A DNA stretch of 64,000 bases, taken from the NCBI GenBank assembly GCA_038861545.1, contig JAWCCZ010000001.1, positions 224,001 through 288,000 on the forward strand, read 5' to 3'. The notes under the pieces were generated by a model. That model was given only the letters and a program-made list of their open reading frames with translations, made no database searches and was not told the DNA's origin. The DNA comes from Thermofilaceae archaeon (GTDB lineage: Archaea; Thermoproteota; Thermoprotei; Thermofilales; Thermofilaceae). Position numbers and translations under genes: made by a program. Positions within the stretch are counted from its first letter, which is position 1. The number at the start of each line of letters is the position of its first letter. Of the stretch, positions 19,901 through 29,326 are shown piece after piece.

Positions 19901-21393
19901 GCAGCGAGATCGTAGCGTGTAGGTTTAATTGAGTTTTTGCTAATTTGCCATTCAGTGTTTAATAATTCTAGGACTATATATGTAGTTACTTCAAGGTAGG
20001 GTTTTAAAGCGGATACATTAGCGTACTGCCAGTCATCCACAGGCATGCCGACGTATAGCCTACTCGAATGCCTGCTGGTTATTGAGAAGGAAGGTACCCC
20101 ACTTATAGATGCGGCCTCCGAATCTAGCATATAGGGAATCGGTTCGGTTCCCCAGAATCCCTGGTAAGAGAAGAACGTGCTCACTAGAGCTGATGGACTC
20201 GGAACACCCAGGACCGAGTTCGTATAAGTTCTTAAAGGTTCTTCGGCCAAAATGGTCTGAATCTTATTGGATACCCAGGTAAGCCTAGCGGGGAAGCCTC
20301 CACTGTGTATCGAGTTACCACCATAAGTTGTGAAGTAGCTGGACTGTAACAGTTGAATACCGTCTGAATCGCTGGAAAACATGTCAAACCCTATAAAGCC
20401 CCATATAGTCGTTCTTCCGCTAAGGATTTCTTCATTGAAGAAGTAATCTTCAATGAAAGCCCTAACCCCTGCTAATGCCTGCCAATGACCCGAGAGGAAA
20501 ACCAGCCAGACGGTGTATCGAGGTTTATTTTCTTTCAAATATCTGGCCAGTTCAAGCAAATAAGCAGGGGCTATAGCTTCGGCCTTACTATTCGATAAAG
20601 CTGGAACCACTGACCATGAGTCAAAGTGAGCCGCTAAGATAAGTATATCAGAAGCAGAGCTCCCGTTAATGACAGCGATCAAGTTAGCCGCCTCTATCTC
20701 CTTCCAGGTTATCTTGGATACTAGCCTAATTTTAGAAGCATTCTCTACAAGCTTCCAGTCGTCTTTATTTATGTAAACTCGCGGGAAGTTGATAGGAGTA
20801 TCAAGAAACTTCTTATTGCATTCATAATACGTGGTCGAAATTGGCTCTATGAATATAACCGCCTTTGCACCTAATTTAGCAGCGTTAAGCCAGTTATCTT
20901 GTGAGTTAAATTCCATTGCAACTATACTGCCTTCAATGTTTTTCCCGTTAAAATCGCTTAGTTCTCCCTTACCGACGTAATGTAGTGGGCCTTCTAACCC
21001 TTCTGGTGGTGTTGTAGAAGGATTAACGCCATTCGGGTATAGAGCGTGAACCTTGACCCGAAGGTACGGCGGCTCTAAAACTTCTATATATGCTTCTTCT
21101 TCGAAGGGTACAAGAACTTTATAGGTGTGGGTGGTGACTTTTAAGCCGAGTTCATCTTGAAGGTAGGAATAAATAAATTCTAAGGTTTTCTGGTAGCCCG
21201 GATACCCAGTCATTCTAGAGCCAAAGTTTGAGATAATCTCTACTTTTTCTTCTATCTGAGCGTAATCCAGCTGGGTTAGTGAGACTTCTGGTTTACCAAA
21301 ACTGACAGCTAAATATGCCAAAGTAATTAGGGTTAGTGCTAATACGGCTATAGAATTGCAAAGGAACTTCTTTTTAGGTGTTTGTACTTTCAT
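16885..21393 (-). CDS. 1502-aa FtsX/MacB-like permease with N-terminal PA and degenerate M28 peptidase domains
   Basis: Signal anchor, SRMTGYPG, PA insert (AAKLGAKAVIF), AHFDS, a TM bundle, and the FtsX motif ERTREVFVLSAVGLSP. Confidence 0.85.
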   Translation of the reverse strand: MKVQTPKKKFLCNSIAVLALTLITLAYLAVSFGKPEVSLTQLDYAQIEEKVEIISNFGSRMTGYPGYQKTLEFIYSYLQDELGLKVTTHTYKVLVPFEEEAYIEVLEPPYLRVKVHALYPNGVNPSTTPPEGLEGPLHYVGKGELSDFNGKNIEGSIVAMEFNSQDNWLNAAKLGAKAVIFIEPISTTYYECNKKFLDTPINFPRVYINKDDWKLVENASKIRLVSKITWKEIEAANLIAVINGSSASDILILAAHFDSWSVVPALSNSKAEAIAPAYLLELARYLKENKPRYTVWLVFLSGHWQALAGVRAFIEDYFFNEEILSGRTTIWGFIGFDMFSSDSDGIQLLQSSYFTTYGGNSIHSGGFPARLTWVSNKIQTILAEEPLRTYTNSVLGVPSPSALVSTFFSYQGFWGTEPIPYMLDSEAASISGVPSFSITSRHSSRLYVGMPVDDWQYANVSALKPYLEVTTYIVLELLNTEWQISKNSIKPTRYDLAADRGYPGFTTFYGRVVRYNFSAGWYSPVPNAIVETQLVTSTYKLNKIITRTDAEGRFVIYGIPHAGRVAGGGTAVPFSRWIARGWVFNEQGAIIMATDLGQFGMQNFAQIINVLHEYENLTVVVAPAVIIELFDVNLPSTLLTPSMPDPRTSYFGWWRQTSVIFQPYELLSKSLPLSYGYFCNGWENVALVWAQPETYFIVVGYTSMTGTAAALQPFLLLTNSSSENTEGYGFIGSPGKNIRVIFTAYRAANDMYYISSGRYKHFVDRHVGSPSADLTLSKAREHLDRAKEAFSATLYHEAYAHALVARAYASKAYSSEVMPLVNDAARSMLYMFPLIAFAAFFLEKISLHREGVKRIATMTVLAAVILWFFLMIHPAFAILSNIPLGLVGSLITIILLITVVMLGSEGEALRSRIERKILGVHRSEVSRVDTAVTAFSMGSEYIRKRPMRTVLMLATIIAMTIAITSFTSLMPARITLPVSRYGYKSSIDQILIKQGRGVPPNTLSTELVNVAKVMAGPNYEVLPRVWVYPSVDRMLMGLVFSVVSEKGNNGTVNAILGVTSKEYKLLYLNATEGAGIFLDEGNYAVVSKSLAQNLSLSVGDRIYLLGEEFVVSGIVEVPEFIDKMLEADGYSPTPTDPIYFSQLAPDISVSLQAGASPPNLGVSRVIIVPYRKALELNGYVASIALIPRKGVVTSDSLLTTVRGLAFAIDIPLYFSHTGSAYVSSTFTSLSVGGWEMVVAVLVIGALNVAVMVLGNLKERTREVFVLSAVGLSPLGITVFFIAEVLVYVTVGIVLGYLLGYGMTQLMILAGALPLEHIFNFASAFTIVGTLAIIGASLAAVLYPSTLAARIITPSLERKWKPPTKPRGNRWEIPLPVSVPSEAEAKGMLAYLYEYYSGAGAAKEGVHVVRELEVPDYASKKLSIKVALSPVEAGVQQSVELTSLLDKSVKRYVFLVSLTRLSGSESLWVSSNYKFIDDMRKQLLMWSSLPSDERKKYISKAVQ

Positions 21394-21414
21394 AATTGAA
21401 GGTAAACTACGATT

Positions 21415-21459
21415 CCCTATAAAGGTTTATACTGATTTTCGGCAAATACTTTTATAGGG
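21415..21459. promoter_or_regulatory. Symmetric divergent promoter (inverted TTTATAGGG boxes)
   Basis: CCCTATAAA at 21415-21423 and TTTATAGGG at 21451-21459, each about 20-22 nt from its start codon. Confidence 0.65.
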
Positions 21460-21478
21460 CTTCTGACTCAGTCCTCCA

Positions 21479-23395
21479 ATGTCTGGGAGTGACGACATCG
21501 AATTCAAACCAGGATACACGTGGAGAAGCTTGTTAGCAATGATTTTAGCCGGACTTATTTTTATGCCGGCTTCAGTCTACCTTTGGTTAGCAGTCGGAGC
21601 CGGAGCCAGCACTGCTGCCACGTACGTTACGGTGATACTTTTTAGCGCATTAGCTAGAATATACGGCACTCAGTTAACTAGGCAGGAGTTGTTCATAATT
21701 TACTCTATAGTGGGAGGCATTGGAGGAGCGATGCCGATGTTTTACTGGTTAGTTTTTAGAAGCTACTTTATAAATAACCCACTTAGCTTAGAATTCACCA
21801 TAGAGGGTAAGCCAGTAAGGGACTTTGTACCTTACTGGATGGCGCCCCCTGTAACCTCTTTTGCTCATGCGGCAAGGACATTCTTCACAGTAGACTGGTT
21901 ACCAGCTGTTACCACAACTATTGTTTTCGCCACCCTTAGCCTAGTAGCAGAGTTTTCACTGGGCATGTTGTTTTCGTACCTTTACATCGAGATTGAACCA
22001 CTACCTTTCCCCTTTGCTCAAATCGATGCTACAATGGTAAACACTTTGTATGAACGAGAACACGAGCGCATGTTCTATTTTTTCACTTCGTTAATTGGAG
22101 GGGCCGTATATGGTTCCTTAGTGTACTTGATCCCCCTGATTCTTGGACCGCAGGCTGCCGTAATACCGTATCCCTTCATTGACTTTACTCCGTACACACA
22201 GTTCTTCCTTCCTGGCGCAGCGCTAGGTGTAGCTACAGATCCAACCGCTTTCCTTTATGGAATGGTGCTTTCCCCTACAGTTACCTTTTCAATAATGCTG
22301 GGCTCCCTGGCTACATGGGTTTTCGGGAACACATTAACTCTTATAATCTTCAGGAATTTTTCGCCGGAATGGGTGAAAGAGTACGCTCCCGGTATGGGAC
22401 TTTTCCTAATTTACCAGAGAGCTAGCTTAAGGCTTTGGCTCTCAACTTTTATGGGGTTAAGCTTTGGATTAGCTATTTTCGTATTTATTATAACATGGAG
22501 CAGGCTGTCCAGTGCGCTTAAATCGTTATCAAAGATTAAAGAGGCGAAAGGGGGACCGGGTTATCCTCCAGCTAAGTTTCTGTTGTCAGCTTTCTTAGCC
22601 TCGACTCTTACAAGTGTAATCCTCTACTATTACCTTGTTCCAGGCATACCGCTTTGGCTACCCTTGTTCGTTTCAGTGTTTCTGAGCTTTGTAATCGCTT
22701 TCCTTGGTGCTAGAGTTTACGGCGAACTCGGTTTAACGTTTTCATCAGATTTTGTGTATAATATGTGGAAAACCGCAGTCTACTTCAGCCCATACCAAGG
22801 GTATGCTGGATGGATCTCCACGCCGGTGATTGCCGGCTTTTCAACACCTTGGTATGTTAACGCCACAAAGGTAGCCTACTTGACTAGGACAAAACCCATA
22901 GATTACTACAAGGCTGTTTTGACGTCGTTCGTTATAACAACCTTGTTAGGCCTATTTTTTATGGACTTTTTCTGGAGAATGGCGCCCATCCCCTCTTTCG
23001 TTTACCCATACGTAATGGGTCTCTGGCCGGCTTACGCTATCAGCGACTGTCTATTCGCTACTAGACAGATAGCCGTGAGGTTAGATCAAATACTAGTAGG
23101 AACCGGCATTGCATTAATGGGGGGTTTTGGCGGTTTCATGCTAGCTAAAATCGGTGCACCACTGAACCCGATTGCATTAATAAGTGGATGCTTCTCATTG
23201 CCGCCTTACACTATAATGGTGTTCATAATGTCAATGTTGAGCAGGTATGTGGTGGCAAAAGCCATTGGCAGAGAGAGGTGGGAGGGCATAAAAGCAGTAT
23301 TCATAGCCGGTTTTCTCGCGGGCATGGGCATAGTTGTCGCATCAGGGGTTGCTTTAACATTGTTGTCTAAAGCATCTTGGGTTTGGCCATGGTAG
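21479..23395 (+). CDS. OPT-like polytopic membrane protein (putative peptide transporter)
   Basis: 638 aa, roughly 15 hydrophobic segments, with FKPGYTWRS, LTRQE and EPLPFPFA motifs. Confidence 0.7.
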   Translation: MSGSDDIEFKPGYTWRSLLAMILAGLIFMPASVYLWLAVGAGASTAATYVTVILFSALARIYGTQLTRQELFIIYSIVGGIGGAMPMFYWLVFRSYFINNPLSLEFTIEGKPVRDFVPYWMAPPVTSFAHAARTFFTVDWLPAVTTTIVFATLSLVAEFSLGMLFSYLYIEIEPLPFPFAQIDATMVNTLYEREHERMFYFFTSLIGGAVYGSLVYLIPLILGPQAAVIPYPFIDFTPYTQFFLPGAALGVATDPTAFLYGMVLSPTVTFSIMLGSLATWVFGNTLTLIIFRNFSPEWVKEYAPGMGLFLIYQRASLRLWLSTFMGLSFGLAIFVFIITWSRLSSALKSLSKIKEAKGGPGYPPAKFLLSAFLASTLTSVILYYYLVPGIPLWLPLFVSVFLSFVIAFLGARVYGELGLTFSSDFVYNMWKTAVYFSPYQGYAGWISTPVIAGFSTPWYVNATKVAYLTRTKPIDYYKAVLTSFVITTLLGLFFMDFFWRMAPIPSFVYPYVMGLWPAYAISDCLFATRQIAVRLDQILVGTGIALMGGFGGFMLAKIGAPLNPIALISGCFSLPPYTIMVFIMSMLSRYVVAKAIGRERWEGIKAVFIAGFLAGMGIVVASGVALTLLSKASWVWPW

Positions 23396-23454
23396 GCAAT
23401 TGTCTTAAAATTTTTACAACAAAGCTTAAGTAGGAGCTTTTTCATACTATTTCA

Positions 23455-25563
23455 ATGACAACCGAATACAGAAAAGAGGTTGTCGAGTACCTACCAGGTT
23501 TAACGAAGCGCTCGCTTGTAATCGGCATCCCGTTGCTGCTGGTTTACGCCTATCTCTCCGTCATCGTAGGTTTATACACAGATAAAAGTGGGACATTCGG
23601 AACATTCGTTATACCGATGATATACTTGGTCTTCATCTTTGAACTCCTTGGTCGAGCAAGCCCGAAGCTCAGGTTAACGCCACAGGAGTGGGTGTTCGTT
23701 TTCTCCCTTTTCACGTTCATGGGTATGCACAGTTACTTAACCATGCACGCAGCGGCGCATGTTAACCCACCCCAGTACATCTGGAGCTGTATCCCATGGG
23801 GAGATTACCTAGGTTTCACAACCGGAGGTTTAGAGAATTACTGGAGCGCTGCCGTACCGGCAGTATCTGTACCACCTGAACCATTACGTTTTGAAGTAGC
23901 TCGAATGATCCGCAGCGGTAGGAGCATTGGCCAGGAGATTCCATGGGGCGCGGTTTTGCAGCCTCTATTCTACTGAGGAATAGTATACATATTTTACTGC
24001 CTAATTAGTGCTTGGGTTGCCTTTACGTTCGGTAAACCTTGGGTTGAGGAAGAGCGCCTAGTATTTCCGCTAGCTATCCCGTCGCTTTACTTGTTTAGGG
24101 AAGCTACTGAAGTATCAGACGGAAGAAAATCAAGGTTATTCGACTTCAGAGTACCGCACACCAAGGTCTTCTGGGCGATGTTTGTTGTCGGAATCATTAG
24201 CGGTATAAACCCGATACTAGCCGAGCTGCTGCCAGCTTTTCCGATCGGAGCTTGGTGGGGGGAGACAAATCTACAGCTGACATTTTTAGGTAATATGTGG
24301 CCGGGAGTCTACGCAGCCGCGATATTCTTCATCCCGCAAGTAGCAGTAGGGCTCGTGATGCCCAACGACGCTCTGATAACTTTAATTCTATGCTGGATTA
24401 TCTTTGGAGTCCTCTACCAAGGTATCGCTGTGATGACAGGTCAAGTGCAGTACAACCCCGGTATGGAATACGTATGGCCTTGGGAGGATTACCCTGGAGT
24501 TTGGATGCCGTTTCCATACAGGTTTATTGCATCTAACGGAGTTGGCTTAGCTATTACGATATGGATGCTCTTCAGATATCGGAGAAGATTCGCAGAGGCT
24601 TTTTCAACGCTGTGGAAGCGGGACATATCGGAGCGTGGTCTCTCCTTAAGACTCGCAACGATTCTAATGCTTATAGGCTTCTTCGGCTGGTATGCCATAA
24701 TGCTCATGGATCAAGCTAGCCCAATCGTAGCTTTACTAGTACCGTTCTGGGCGCTGCTATGGAACATTTGCTTTGCCAGGGTTTTCGCTGAAGTATTCTG
24801 GCACGTTGGTACAGGTTGGGGCCATACGTGGATCCCGACTTACGAGTTCGGCAGGCTTATACACGGATGGCGGGCATGGGATCAAGTTACCTGGGACAAC
24901 CCGATGACTGATTCAGCATGGTTCACCCCTGCAAGGCATATAGCAAACTTAAGTAACTGGAACATCTCCTTCAGCCCGTTAAGCGCCGGCCATCAAGTCA
25001 CTCTGTACAAACTCGCATATGATCTGAAAATGAGACTTTCCGACCTATTAGTAGCAATCATCATCGGCGCTCTAGTCTTCTCGTTTGTAGCCATGCCGAT
25101 TGAAGCATACTTTATCCTGCACACAAAAGGCGGCTTAGATGTTACGAACGCTGCGGGTGCGAACTGGTGGCCGTGGATGGCAGCCGGCTGGTACCACAGA
25201 GGGTACTGGATGGCCACGGGTATGACGCCAGATACTGTTGGATGGCTGTTCTACGGTGTGGGCTTAGCGCTTGGCTTAATTTTCTACATACTTAAGGCGA
25301 GGTTTACTTGGTTCTGGTTCATTAGCGTGCCAGCTTTGTACATTGGCATGACGATTGTGACCTACATGTGGTTAACTTCTCTGCTCGCTTTGATTATAAA
25401 GTTTGTGGCAATAAGAACTGTAGGCATTAAACGATACGAGGAGTACGCTACACCCGCTGTAGCTGGTTGGATTCTTGGTTTCGGTGCCGCATGGTTGCCT
25501 GCAGCGCTCGTTAACTTCTTCGTAGTTGTCCTACCAAGGTTAAGCGCGCTCTGGGTACCTTAA
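23455..25563 (+). pseudogene. Second OPT-like/DUF6785-like membrane protein interrupted by one in-frame TGA
   Basis: ORFs 23455-23976 and 24091-25563 share a frame. After TGA 23974-23976 the frame reads GIVYIFYCLISAWVAFTFGKPWVEEERLVFPLA, a paralogue of the EPLPFP motif. Confidence 0.8.
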
Positions 25564-25593
25564 ATTATAAGATTGAAAAAATATTTCTATTTT

Positions 25594-26232
25594 TTACTTT
25601 GGTTTCGATTTTTCATTACTTTTAAGTTTAAGTATCGTTAAAATTGCTTGACAGTAAGCCCTTAATCTCTTATAACCGATTACAGGCGGTAAAAGCCCCT
25701 TTCTCCTCAGATCCCCCATCATTAATTCAAGTTTTTTAGGTTCAATTTGGAGAAGTTTTGCCGCATCTTCAAGATTTTCACTAGCGGCTATCGCCCCAAA
25801 TATCTTTAAAGCATTTGGATCTTCAAATACGGATAGCGTGGATATCAGCTCAATAATTGCCTCTTCTACGGCTGCTTTAACTATGTAGAATAATTCTTCC
25901 TCATCAACTGCGTAAAGATCAGAAAGGAGTATCACGCCCACGTTGAGCTTGTTAGCTAATGCTTCAGCTGACTTATCAGAAAACCCGCGGGCAATGATTA
26001 AAGGTGTCACTCCTAGGAGCTCTGCATTAATTTTAGCTTGTCGAACGTCTGATACGCTTACTTTACCGGCTTTTATCTCTACGGCATGTAAGCCAGCCGT
26101 GCCCTCAGCCAGCAGGTCGACTTCACCTACCTGCGATTCTTCAATTATTATTGGAACACTTTCTTGTAGTACCCTATACCCCATTCCCTCGAGTACTCTT
26201 TTTGCGATCTCTACACTGGCTTTACCCCTCAT
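25594..26232 (-). CDS. PD-(D/E)xK restriction-endonuclease-like (RecB-family) protein
   Basis: E...LEGMGY, EVDLLA and AVEIKAG motifs, with a possible C-terminal HTH. Confidence 0.75.
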   Translation of the reverse strand: MRGKASVEIAKRVLEGMGYRVLQESVPIIIEESQVGEVDLLAEGTAGLHAVEIKAGKVSVSDVRQAKINAELLGVTPLIIARGFSDKSAEALANKLNVGVILLSDLYAVDEEELFYIVKAAVEEAIIELISTLSVFEDPNALKIFGAIAASENLEDAAKLLQIEPKKLELMMGDLRRKGLLPPVIGYKRLRAYCQAILTILKLKSNEKSKPK

Positions 26233-26277
26233 ACGGTAAACTCTGATACTTTACAACTTAATTACTGTTAGCATAGA

Positions 26278-27309
26278 TTAAATGCTCCAGTATCTGCGTA
26301 GAAGCAACTTCAGCTCAGCCACGTATTCCCTAGCTAACTTTCTGACGGCTTCGGCTGAACACATCTTCTTGACCGTTACTAAGCTTTGCCCTGCAAGGCT
26401 AGAAACGAAAGCCGGAAGTCCCTTACCCAAGCCTTCGTCATACCCACCTTCGAGGACTGCTACGATGCACCTAATTCCATGAGATCTATACAGCGAGCCG
26501 AACTTTGTAAAAGTGTAAATCCCGGCTTTCAAGTGTGTTAATCCGTCTCCAGCATAAGAGTCAAAACCAGCCGAGAAAACTATTGCCTCTGGCTTGAAGC
26601 TTTCGAGGAGAGGGTCCCCAATTTCCTCGACAGCTAGTTCATATACATCATCTCCGCTACCAGGGGGTAATACTACATTGACCTTGTAGCCCTCGCCCTC
26701 GCCCTCCCCCACGTCGCTCAGGAAGCCTGTACCGGGGTATAACGTAACAGGGTCTTCGTGAAAATCTATAATTAGTACTCGGGGATCGCTATAGAATATC
26801 TCCATAGTTCCATTACCGTGATGAGCGTCGAAATCGATAATCGCTACCCTCTTAAGTCCTAGCTCTAGTAGCCTAGCTGTAGCTAATGCGGAATTGTTGA
26901 ATATGCAGAAGCCCTGGGTTTGCACCCCTAGGGCGCGACCCCTTTTCCCCGCATGGTGTCCTGGCGGTCTCACTATCGCGAAAGCCATTTCTCCGTTGTT
27001 AGCCAGTTCAGCTGCTCTAAGAGCTGCTCCGGTAGCATACAACGCGGCTTTCGCCGTACCTCTCGAAAGGTAGGTATCACCGTCCAGTACAGAAACACCG
27101 CTGTTAATTTTGCCAAGTATACTTTCGACATATGCTGGCGCGTGAACTCGGTGTAAATCCTCTACTCTAGCAGGAGAAAAATCCCTATCAAGCGTTGAAA
27201 AACCAGCTTTCTCCAAAGCTTCTAACGCTATTATCATCCTTTGTGGTCTCTCGGGGTGGGGAAACGGTGGTATATGTTCAAGGAATGCTGTGTGGTATAG
27301 CAATCTCAT
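26278..27309 (-). CDS. Histone deacetylase-family (AcuC/AphA-like) protein
   Basis: HPERP, RPPGHH, GFCIFNN, DFDAHHGNGT, SAGFD and LEGGY motifs. Confidence 0.95.
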   Translation of the reverse strand: MRLLYHTAFLEHIPPFPHPERPQRMIIALEALEKAGFSTLDRDFSPARVEDLHRVHAPAYVESILGKINSGVSVLDGDTYLSRGTAKAALYATGAALRAAELANNGEMAFAIVRPPGHHAGKRGRALGVQTQGFCIFNNSALATARLLELGLKRVAIIDFDAHHGNGTMEIFYSDPRVLIIDFHEDPVTLYPGTGFLSDVGEGEGEGYKVNVVLPPGSGDDVYELAVEEIGDPLLESFKPEAIVFSAGFDSYAGDGLTHLKAGIYTFTKFGSLYRSHGIRCIVAVLEGGYDEGLGKGLPAFVSSLAGQSLVTVKKMCSAEAVRKLAREYVAELKLLLRRYWSI

Positions 27310-27335
27310 TTTCGACGTTAGAAAACTGCAGTGTT

Positions 27336-27785
27336 TTAATTGGTAACGGTCATTGAACGCAGCTCAGCTTGCAGTTTCTTCGCAGCATCGTCCGAAGAGG
27401 AGTAAATAATTAATCTGAAGCAAGGGTTTTTAATGCCTCTAATCAGAACCGAAGTAAAGTTAACTCTTTCTTCCTCACACATGGCAATTACATACTTGCC
27501 TTTGAGTAGCCCATAGGCGATTTCGAAACCTACTCCCAGGCTTGGGTATGATATCTCCGCTACCAGCATGTCAGCCTCTTCGAGTAACTGAACATCTCTT
27601 TCATAAACTTCTTCCGGCTTTAAACCGCGATCTACGTCTACGGTTTCGTCTACTACTTGAGGAGTGAGTAGCTCGCAGCCGGATCCCGTGATTACGTCGG
27701 CTAGGCGTTTAACCGTTGGTAACGCTTTCCTGACACCTCTTATTGGAGCGGCTAAATAGATTTTCACAGCCGGATCTACGCACAA
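27336..27785 (-). CDS. Nucleoside 2-deoxyribosyltransferase / DNPH1(Rcl)-like N-hydrolase
   Basis: KIYLAAPIRG, VYERD and PSLGVGFEIAY motifs. Confidence 0.85.
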   Translation of the reverse strand: MCVDPAVKIYLAAPIRGVRKALPTVKRLADVITGSGCELLTPQVVDETVDVDRGLKPEEVYERDVQLLEEADMLVAEISYPSLGVGFEIAYGLLKGKYVIAMCEEERVNFTSVLIRGIKNPCFRLIIYSSSDDAAKKLQAELRSMTVTN

Positions 27786-27840
27786 AACCGATAAACATAA
27801 CTTTTAGTTAAAGTCCTCCGATTGCTCTGGGGTTTACATA

Positions 27841-28293
27841 ATGGAGGTTAGGAAGTTAAGCTGGTCAGATGTGATAGGTCTCGCACTCACATTGGCCGAG
27901 GAGGCTAGATCGGACGACCCCCAGGCAATAGTTGCCGTGCTAAGGGGTGGGATATACCCAGCTTTGATAATCGCGTCGAGGCTAGGCGTGGAAAGGTTGT
28001 ACACTGTGGGGTTCAGAAAGTACAGTGACGATAAGCCTCCACAAGAGTTAAGCAAAAAACCCACGCTGGTCGGAGAAAATGTCCCGAGCTTAAGTGGAGA
28101 GCGCGTAATCATTGTGGATGACGTGGCTAGAACCGGTAGCACAATGAAAGCAGCGAAAGAGCTACTAGAGTCGAAAGGCGCTGGTCAGGTTAAAACAGCG
28201 GTTCTAGTTTTAAGGTCTCGCACGATGGTTTACGCTCCCGACTACTACGCTATATTCATGAAGGACTGTCCCCTTTTTCCCTGGGACCAATGA
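27841..28293 (+). CDS. Type I phosphoribosyltransferase (purine PRT-like)
   Basis: AVLRGG, PRPP loop IIVDDVARTGST, C-terminal FPW. Confidence 0.88.
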   Translation: MEVRKLSWSDVIGLALTLAEEARSDDPQAIVAVLRGGIYPALIIASRLGVERLYTVGFRKYSDDKPPQELSKKPTLVGENVPSLSGERVIIVDDVARTGSTMKAAKELLESKGAGQVKTAVLVLRSRTMVYAPDYYAIFMKDCPLFPWDQ

Positions 28294-28520
28294 GTCGAGC
28301 TAGAAGGAAGAGGGTTGAGGACTTAGCTGCCCTAATCATACAGATAGCCTCTAGGGATGTGTTTGGAAGCGTCGGCCGAGTATTGATCCCCGAATTGGAA
28401 ATAGAGGGGTATAGTTACGATGAGATAAGTGAAGCTCTAAGCGTGCTTAGAGAGGAGGGTTACCGCATTACAGTTGTTGGTGACATTGTAAAGATAGACT
28501 TTAGCGCTAGTAAGGGGTAA
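28290..28520 (+). CDS. Small hypothetical protein (possible wHTH)
   Basis: 76 aa, translationally coupled to the PRT gene (ATGA overlap). Confidence 0.65.
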   Translation: MSRARRKRVEDLAALIIQIASRDVFGSVGRVLIPELEIEGYSYDEISEALSVLREEGYRITVVGDIVKIDFSASKG

Positions 28521-28525
28521 CGCGT

Positions 28526-28807
28526 TTAAAAATTACACTTGCGTTTTCTTCTAAGCAATGCTGCGCCTTTCTCAGTTAATTCGAAGGTTCGAAGCCCCTT
28601 TCTCCCGATTTTACACGCTAAAGTAACTGGGCAGGATGAACAAGGCTTTGCTTTTATTTCCCTTAAGTATCCATGAGCTAACAATGCCCCGATAGCACTC
28701 TCAGCTTCACTCAGCTGCACTCCGAGCTGCCTAGCTACCTCTGAAAGGGTGATAGGCCCTTTAGCCACCGTAAATAGTATCTTTTCGAGATCGAACTTCA
28801 CAGTCAT
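28526..28807 (-). CDS. FeoC-like winged-helix protein with a Cys cluster
   Basis: TLSEVARQLG...LLAHGYL, CSSCPVTLAC in the wing, then LTEKG. Confidence 0.7.
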   Translation of the reverse strand: MTVKFDLEKILFTVAKGPITLSEVARQLGVQLSEAESAIGALLAHGYLREIKAKPCSSCPVTLACKIGRKGLRTFELTEKGAALLRRKRKCNF

Positions 28808-28897
28808 ACCACGAGTCTAAAGCCGTTAAAGATTTCCATTGTAGATTCCGAGCTTACTACGAGTTAAAGGTTGCTTATACATGTTTTAGCTGCCTGA

Positions 28898-29326
28898 CAC
28901 GACAGTGAAATTTTTAGGTATGCGAATGCTGAAGAGAGAAGCTTAGAAGGATTTTTCTGTTCTTACTGCCATTCTCCTCTGCTTGGAAGCTCTTCAAATC
29001 CTTCAACAACTACCGAGGATGGAGTTTACCTAGGCGATATAGAAGGAGAAAATTCGCCTCTAATCTTACCTATTAACCCATACTTTGGATTCCACTTCGC
29101 ATTTTACGGTGTAACTGGCACGGGAAAGACTAGGGCAGCCATGAACCTTGCGATAAACGCTGAGAATAAGGGCTTATGCCTAAGAATACTAGACGTTGAA
29201 GGAGAATGGAAAAAGATAATTCCAAAACTGAGCAAGGAAACTATTTTCTACGATTCAGAATATAACCTTAAAGTTAATCCATCTTTGGTATTATCTCAGC
29301 GAAGATTAATTCGGCTAGTTTATTAA
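28898..29326 (+). pseudogene. Fragment of a HerA/DUF87-family P-loop ATPase
   Basis: Open frame lacking a start codon: GVYLG...HFAFYGVTGTGKT (Walker A, 29108-29131)...ILDVEGEW...KVNP, then it stops. Confidence 0.75.

Noticed and set aside
23974-23976. Selenocysteine or genome-wide TGA=Trp recoding
   Set aside because: The context suggests Trp in a TM segment, not a redox Cys. TGA is a normal stop for many genes here (gar1, tfb, transaldolase), and Trp is encoded by TGG throughout.
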